Position numbers and translations under genes: made by a program. Below, piece after piece: positions 56,422 to 64,000 of a DNA stretch of 64,000 nucleotides. Below the pieces are notes generated by a model. The model was not told the origin of the DNA. It saw only the letters and a program-made list of their open reading frames with translations, and made no database searches. Within the stretch, counting starts at the first letter, position 1. The number at the start of each line of letters is the position of its first letter. Source of the stretch: Anaeromyces robustus (taxonomy: Eukaryota). The stretch lies in the NCBI GenBank assembly GCA_002104895.1, contig MCFG01000243.1:1-64000 (forward strand), read 5' to 3'.

Positions 56422-59080
56422 TTTGAATAGCTATAAAGAAATTCGATTAAATAATTAAAATTTAATATAAAATATAAATTTAAATTTTGTTTATAAATAA
56501 TATTTATTAAATAATTAATAAAGAATTATAATATAATTTTTTTCAATTTTATGAAATACCTTTTTATTTTTATTTTTTTATTTTATTTTATTTTTTTTTT
56601 TTACTTTTTATTTTATTTTATTTTAATTTTTTTTTTTTACAATTTATTATTTAAATTTTGAAATCTTTTAATGGAAAAATTTGTAAAAAAAGATTTTATA
56701 AAAATATAATAAAAAAATTATAAAAAAAAAAAAAAATTTTTTTTATCAATTTATTATAATCTAATTAGACGGATAAATACTTTATCAATAATTTATTAGT
56801 AATGTTCAGTAAATTTTTTTTTCATGAAGTTTAAAAATATATATATTATCTATATTATTTTTAATACAAAAATGTAATTATAATAATTATTATTAATAAA
56901 TAAAAAATTAACACATTCCTTGTTAAATTATAAATAATGCTATTTAATTATAAATAGTTTTTATTATTATTTACTTTTTTATTTTAAATATTAATTATAA
57001 TTTTGTTACTTTTTTTTATATAAAATAATTATATTATTCTCTATAATTTTGTTATGTTTTTCCGTAGATATTTTACGGAATTATAACCCAATATTATTTT
57101 TTTATATTAAATCATTATTAATTAATGTATGTAATATATTATATGATAAATAATTTTAAATAAATAAATGAATAATAAATTAATAAATAAATAATTATAT
57201 AAATATGTAAATAAATAAATAAACAAATAAGAAATAAAGAAATAATATTAGAATTAATAAAGATTAATATCATTAAAATATATATATACAAAAAAAAATA
57301 TGCAAATAATTTATAAAAAATATACAAATAATTTATAGTGTATTTTCTTAATAATATACAAATTTTTATTTTAATTTTTAAAAATACTCAAATAATATAA
57401 AAATTATTATTGATTTTATTAATAAAAAGACCTATGTATATATATACACACATATTTTCTAAATTTTAAAATTGTCTTAAAAAATAATTATGAATAACAT
57501 TTTTTAATAATAATTAATCTGTTATTTAATAATAATTAAATATTTTTAATTACTTTATAATTATTATTTTTAAAACAATTAATGTTTTTATTAAATACAT
57601 ATAATCATTAAGTTGAAAATTTTGTAATTAATAATAAAAATATTGATTTATGATATTATTATGTATATGACTGGTATGATGAGTTTGGATTATTGAGTTT
57701 GGGTTATTTTAATTATTATTAAGAATTTTTAATAATTTTTTCTTTATATAATATATATTATATTATATATTTTTATTTATTATTCTATAAAATATGTTGA
57801 TAATAAGCATTCACAATTATAAACAAATTATTTATAAATAATAAAGTTTGTAAATGTTAATTATTAATAAATAATTTGTTTTATGTTTTTTTTTATAGTT
57901 AATATAAATATATAAATCATAATATATAATTTATATATGTATTTTTTTTTATCAATTATTACATATTATTATATATTATTATAACATTTTTTTATGGTAT
58001 GGAAATAATTAATAAGGTTGAACAACAGAAAAAAAAAAAAAGAGAGAAAAAAAAAAAAACATTAATTGTACTACTTTTTTAATATTATTCTATTATTATA
58101 TATATAAGATTGAATTGAATTGTTTATACTATAATAAAACAAATAATATAATAAATAAAGTTATGGTGATACAAATATTGAAAAAAAAAAAAAATCCATA
58201 ATTAAAAATATGTGTTATAACACAAAAGGAAATAAAATTTCTTTAGTTTTTATTGATTTTTTTTTTAAAAATAAATATAATAATAAATAAACTTCCAAGT
58301 TATGTTTTGTGTGAATTTATAAAAAATAACTTTTATACAAAAATATTAATTTGTATTAAAAAATTATATATATATAATTATATTTTTCCTTTATATTTTT
58401 TTTTTTTTAAAAAAAAAAATAAAAATAAAAATAAAAATAAAAATAAAAATAAAAATAAAAATAAAAAAAAGTAGAAATATACATAATAAGAATATTGTAA
58501 AATAAAATTATAAATAAAGTAAAATAAAATACAAAAATATAATAAAATAAAACAAAATAAAAATGAATAAGAGAAATTAATATTTATATATTTATTGTTA
58601 ATACATTAAAATGAACATAATAATAATAATAAATTTATAAACAATTAATCAAATACATATCATGTACTTTTAATTTTTTTAAACATTAAATTACTAAAAA
58701 GCAATATTATTAAAATTAATATTTTTTTGTAATACAACTTAATAACATAAAGGATAAATTAATAATGACTTGTTAATATACTATATTAGAAATTATTATT
58801 TCAGTATATAATTAATTTATTCTTCTAAACATAATAATACTGAAAGTATACAATACTTTTTTTTCATTTCATTTCATAAGTAAATTTAAAAAATAATTTA
58901 AATTATATAATATTATTTAATAATATTAAATAACCTTACATTATTTAAAATTATTAATATAATTAAAAATAAAGTAATATAAAATAAAGTAAAATAAAGT
59001 AAAATAAAATAAAAAATAAAAATAAAAATAAAAAATAAAAAATAAAAAATAAAAAATAAAAAATAAAAAATAAAAAAAAA

Positions 59081-59112
<32 letters not shown>

Positions 59113-59161
59113 AATAAAAAAATAAAAAAATAAAAGTAAAAAATAAAAAAAAAAGTAAAAA

Positions 59162-59202
<41 letters not shown>

Positions 59203-59639
59203 AAAAAAAAAAAGTAAAAAATAAAAAAAAAAAAAATCATGTTAATAACAAACAATCAACTAACCAACCAACCAACCAAATAAATATATATATAAACAAT
59301 ACCAAATATAAAAATTTAATAATAATAAGTTAAAAATAGAACAATTTTTAAAGTAATAAATTTGCAGGCAAATATATATTATTATTGTTTTATTTTTTTA
59401 ATTTTCTATTATTATTATTAAACATAGTTACCAATTTTTTGTTTTATATGATAAAATATATAAAGTTAATCAAAACTTTTTATTTTTTAACAACAAATAC
59501 ATATTATTAAAAATATTAAAAACCGAAAAATATTTAATAAATTAAAATAATATTATTTTATTTCAGAATTGTATAAAAGTTTATTTATATCACATTTATT
59601 TATTTATTTATATTCAATAATTATAATATATTTATTATC

Positions 59640-61088
59640 ATGAATAATATTATAAATTGGAATTCTTTTATAATTATTTTACTTTTATTGAGTATAGTAA
59701 ACTCAAAAGTAATTAAAGATAATAATGTTATGGATAAAGTTGATTATTCTAATTCTATTAACGATAAGCAATATAATTCCGAAACTAATTTTTCAGAGAG
59801 TAATGATAAAATAAAGTATTTAAAAAGGCATTCCGTTGAAAAAGAGTTTAATAATAATAATAATAATAATAATACTAAATTTATTAAATTTCTCGTATCA
59901 AACCGTAATGTAAACGACGAAAATAAAGAAATTACTAATGATGATAAAGAAGATACAAAAAATGATGAAAGTAATAATGACAATAAAGAATTTATTAAAG
60001 ATGATGAAAATGAAGATGGTGAAATAGAAATAATTCACGATGAATATAATATATTAAACAAAGCCGAAAAAACACCATATGAAGAAGTAATAAATGATAG
60101 TGAAGATAAAAAAAAACCAATGTATTCATCTACTGTTAATGAAAATAATGATAATGAGAATAAAAAATCAATAAAAGTTGTAAATAATGATTCAGATAAT
60201 AATTCTCAAAATATTTTAGATTTAAATGAAGAAGATAAAACTATTACTGGTATATTAATTATAATATATGAATAAAAGAAAAAAATTTTTTTCGTAATAG
60301 AATTAATATTAAAGTCGTAATTATGTTTTATATATTATATATATATATATATGTATCATATAATAGATGATAATAGAGATATAAATGAAAATATAAATAT
60401 AAATCTTAATTACAGCACATTGTATTCGAAGAACAAAGAACAGAAAGAAAATAATATAAACCCTGATCAAAAAAAAATAGATGACTCAAAACAAAAGGAA
60501 TTATTGGATAAAAAATATAAAGCAATTTATATATCTGGGTAGTGTTAAAATTGCTATAATATAATAATTATAATAAATATATATAAATATAAAGAATTTT
60601 TTTATTTAATAATAGATCTTTTAAATTCCAGTTTAATATTAATTATATATATTTTATTTTATATATCTAATATTTCTGTATATATTATATTATATTATTA
60701 TTATTATTACTATAATTATTATTATTATTATAGAGTTTTTATTGGAATTTTATTATTTGTTTTAGTAGGAAATTTTGTAATAAAGATGAAAACAAAGTAC
60801 AATATAGAATCTGATGAAATTATGGAAAAACAAATAAAGACTATTTACCGTTTAGATTTGGAAAAAAATGAAATAAATTCAGTTCTATCATTAGAAACTA
60901 TGGATCAATTTTCTAATGTAGCATATGTTATTGATGGAGATTTTAATGTAAAAAATATTGCTAAAATTTATGAAATTAAAGGATTCAAAGAAGATTCATC
61001 ATCAACAACAGGATTATACAGAAGTGATACAGTTGAATCTCTTTTCCAAATTAGTAATAATGGAACAAGTATAGTAAATAATTTTTAA
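59640..61088 (+). CDS. Hypothetical single-pass membrane protein (signal peptide, acidic/Asn-rich ectodomain, one TM)
   Basis: Three exons (about 59640-60249, 60367-60538, 60734-61088) splice in frame; signal peptide and TM AIYISGVFIGILLFVLVGNFVI. Confidence 0.65.
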
Positions 61089-62456
61089 TTAAAAATTTTT
61101 TTTATTATTGATAAAATTTTTAATAAATGTAAAAATAAATAATTAACGAAATAAAAAATTGTAAAGAAATATAAAATTAAGAAATATATTAGCGAAAATT
61201 AAAAAAAAAAAAAAAATAAAAATAAAAATAAAAAAATAAAATAGGAGAAAAAAAGAATAAAAATGTATTAAAGTTGATAGAAAATTTAGTGAATTAATTT
61301 TCTTATATAAATTAATTTGTAGTTTTTTATTATTTTTGTGTTTTTTTTTTTTTTTTTGTTTGAAATTTATTATATTAATATATATATATATGTACCTTTT
61401 TCTTTTATATTATAACAATATTTTATATTGTAATATATAAAATAAATTATTATAATATTAATAAAATATATAATTATTATTACTATATATTAAAAATAAT
61501 CCAGAAAATATTAATATATAATGTTATTTCTTATTTTTATATTTTCTATTTTTTTTTCTTATTCTTATATTAAATAGAAAATCATTAATAAAAACAATAA
61601 TTATAAAAACAATATGAATATTTTTTTTTTATTATTGTTTTTGTTATTAAAACTTTAATTTTCTATTTATTTATTTAAATCTATACAAAATGTAAAGATA
61701 TACTAAAATATATTAAGAATACATTTATTCTATTGGCATTTTAAAAATGCCAATAGAATAAAGATAATTGTAACACAAACTTACAATTTCATTTACAATT
61801 GAAAAACTTCTATAATAGAAATTAAAAAATATTTAAAATATGTTACGCATTATATATAATAATCTTTCTATAGAAATTAAAAATGGGATTTTTGATATAA
61901 AAATAATAATAATGTTTATAAATATGATTTATATATTATAGAATAATAGAATATTCTATAAATATATATAAAAAATAAGATATATTTAAATGTTTAAATA
62001 ATATATATAAAATATTTTTATATATTATTTAAACAAGATTTATTGACATTGTTAATTTTTTTTTATATTTATTAAAGACTTTTTGAAAAACATTCTATAT
62101 ACTTTTTTTTGTTTTTTTAATATAAAATTTATATTTTAATATGAAGTACAAAAAACAAAGGTTTTTTATGAATAATAAAATATAAAGTTGAAAGTGTGTT
62201 TTTTTAATTATTTAATATGATACAATATACAATAAATCTACAAAGTTTATATTATAAACTTTAAACAATAATATTTCTTTTTAATATTATTAGAAAAATG
62301 ATTAATTTAAAATATCAAATTAGATAATTATACTATAAAAGGTTATTTTAATATATAGTTAATATAATCATTATATATATAACTATAAGAAATACATTTA
62401 TTAATATATATAACATCGATTTAATACATTTTTTTTAATATATATTAACATGATTT

Positions 62457-62488
<32 letters not shown>

Positions 62489-62517
62489 AAATAAATAAAT
62501 AAATAAAAAAAAAAATA

Positions 62518-63673
62518 ATGAAATATATAATTTTTTCTTTGGTAGCTTTACAAGTTATTTCAGCTTTTTCAAAAAAATATAATCCACCTCATAATCAGTA
62601 TGGAGAATAAATTAATATATTTTAAACTATTTTAAACTATTATTAATATTTTTTTCTTTCGTATTTATAATTTAAATATTTATTTATTATTTATTTATAT
62701 ATAAAAAAGTAATAACTGGAAAGGCATAGCTTGTGAAACAGGATATGAATATCAAAAAACAAATAATCGTTATTCTGAATGTATAGAAGTTTCAGAAACT
62801 GATGATGAGATTTCAGATGATAATGATGTAAGTACAAGTGAATTACCAACAGAAATATCTGATATACCAGTAGAACCATTTACTTTTTGGATAATTGGTG
62901 ATTCAACTGTTTCAACATTTCTTAAGGAAGAAAATAATTACTATTATGCAAAATATGGTTATGGTACCCAACTTTACAATTATTTTGATGATAATGTAAC
63001 TGTAAATAATTTGGCTTTATCAGGTACTAGTTCAAAGAGTTTTACATATGAACCAATATATCAAGAATTATTAGAAAATATGAAACCAGGTGATTATTTA
63101 GCTTTTGGATTTGGACATAATGACGAAAAAAGAGAAGAAAGACGTTATACTAATCCTAATGGTGATTATAAAACTGTTGGATCATTTGCTAATTCGTTAT
63201 ATGAAAATTATATAACTATTGCTATGGAAAAAAATGTAACTGTAATTCTTGCAACTCCAGTGGTTCGCAGAACAGACAAATCAACATGGGATTCTGCAAA
63301 ATTACATGTTACTAAAACTAAAGATGGTTATGAAGGTGGAGATTATCCACAAGCTATAAGAGATTTAGGTAAAGAACTTGATATTCCCGTTATAGATATG
63401 ACTGTAAAAACAAAAGAATTATATGATAGTATGGGTTATAATAATACTTTATATTTACATGCTTGGAAAACAAGTGAACCATCCTCTGTTGATAACACAC
63501 ATCTTAATCTATGGGGTGGTAAATATTTAGCTTATATATTTACTAGAGAACTTAAAAATGCTAATATTGATGGATTATCTGAGTATATTCTTGATACAGA
63601 AATTCCAACAAAAGAAGAAAATTTTATTAAAAATCCTGATTTTAATGCTACCGCTTTACTTAATAATCAATAA
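62518..63673 (+). CDS. Secreted SGNH hydrolase, rhamnogalacturonan acetylesterase-like (CE12), with a degenerate N-terminal CBM1-like module
   Basis: Signal peptide MKYIIFSLVALQVISA; one intron (62598-62709); SGNH blocks IIGDSTV, NLALSGTSSKSF, FGFGHND, DNTHLN. Confidence 0.85.
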
Positions 63674-63744
63674 ACATATTATATAAGGAAAATTAATAAT
63701 TTTCAATATTATATATATAAATATTAATAATATTTATAAAAAAA

Positions 63745-63890
63745 TAAATATATAAATAAACAAATAAAGGAAATATATATATATATATATATACAATATA
63801 TAAATAAACAAATAAAGGAAATATATATATATATAAATATGAAATATATAAATAAACAAATAAAGGAAATATATATATATATATATATAC
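63745..63890. repeat. ~50-bp tandem repeat (3 copies) with embedded (TA)n downstream of the esterase
   Basis: tataaataaacaaataaaggaaatatatatat repeated three times. Confidence 0.8.
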
Positions 63891-64000
63891 ACAATATATA
63901 ATAAATTGAAAAAAAATAAACAATATAAGTAGTTAATAAATAATTAAATTATTATAGATTAAAATAAATAAAAAGTTAAGTAAATTAAAAAAAATATATA

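Noticed and set aside
57060..57080. ttccgta-N7-tacggaa (CCG-N11-CGG) as a possible Zn2Cys6 site
   Set aside because: The arms are only 7 bp and it occurs once; not distinguishable from chance without comparative data.
58253..59255. KN-repeat and Phe-rich ORFs
   Set aside because: They derive from A-rich low-complexity tracts (aaaaat)n, with no splice or protein signal.

Overview
Eukaryotic, extremely AT-rich genomic DNA with many short GT-AG introns and long (AAT)n/(TAAA)n microsatellites. The gene content (parallel-beta-helix/EGF/7TM receptor, bacterial-type carbohydrate esterase, Asn-rich proteins) fits an anaerobic gut fungus (Neocallimastigomycota); this is inference. About 13 protein genes are supported: a secreted protein with 15 tandem six-Cys repeats plus a C39-like peptidase domain; TFB4; a multi-exon class C-like GPCR; LHS1/GRP170; two tandem Nud1/Cdc11-like LRR paralogs; CZIB/DUF866; a giant Ecl1-like protein; DID2; U1-C; ISA2; an orphan single-pass membrane protein; and an SGNH/CE12 esterase with a decayed CBM1. 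A degenerate LINE with a clean internal inversion lies at about 4.4-5.9 kb. The best candidate for an undescribed system is the intronless secreted beta-defensin-like array fused to a bacterial-type papain-fold peptidase (1274-3691). Most Ile/Leu/Tyr-rich ORFs in the supplied track are microsatellite shadows. All assignments are from motif recognition by eye; no searches were run.
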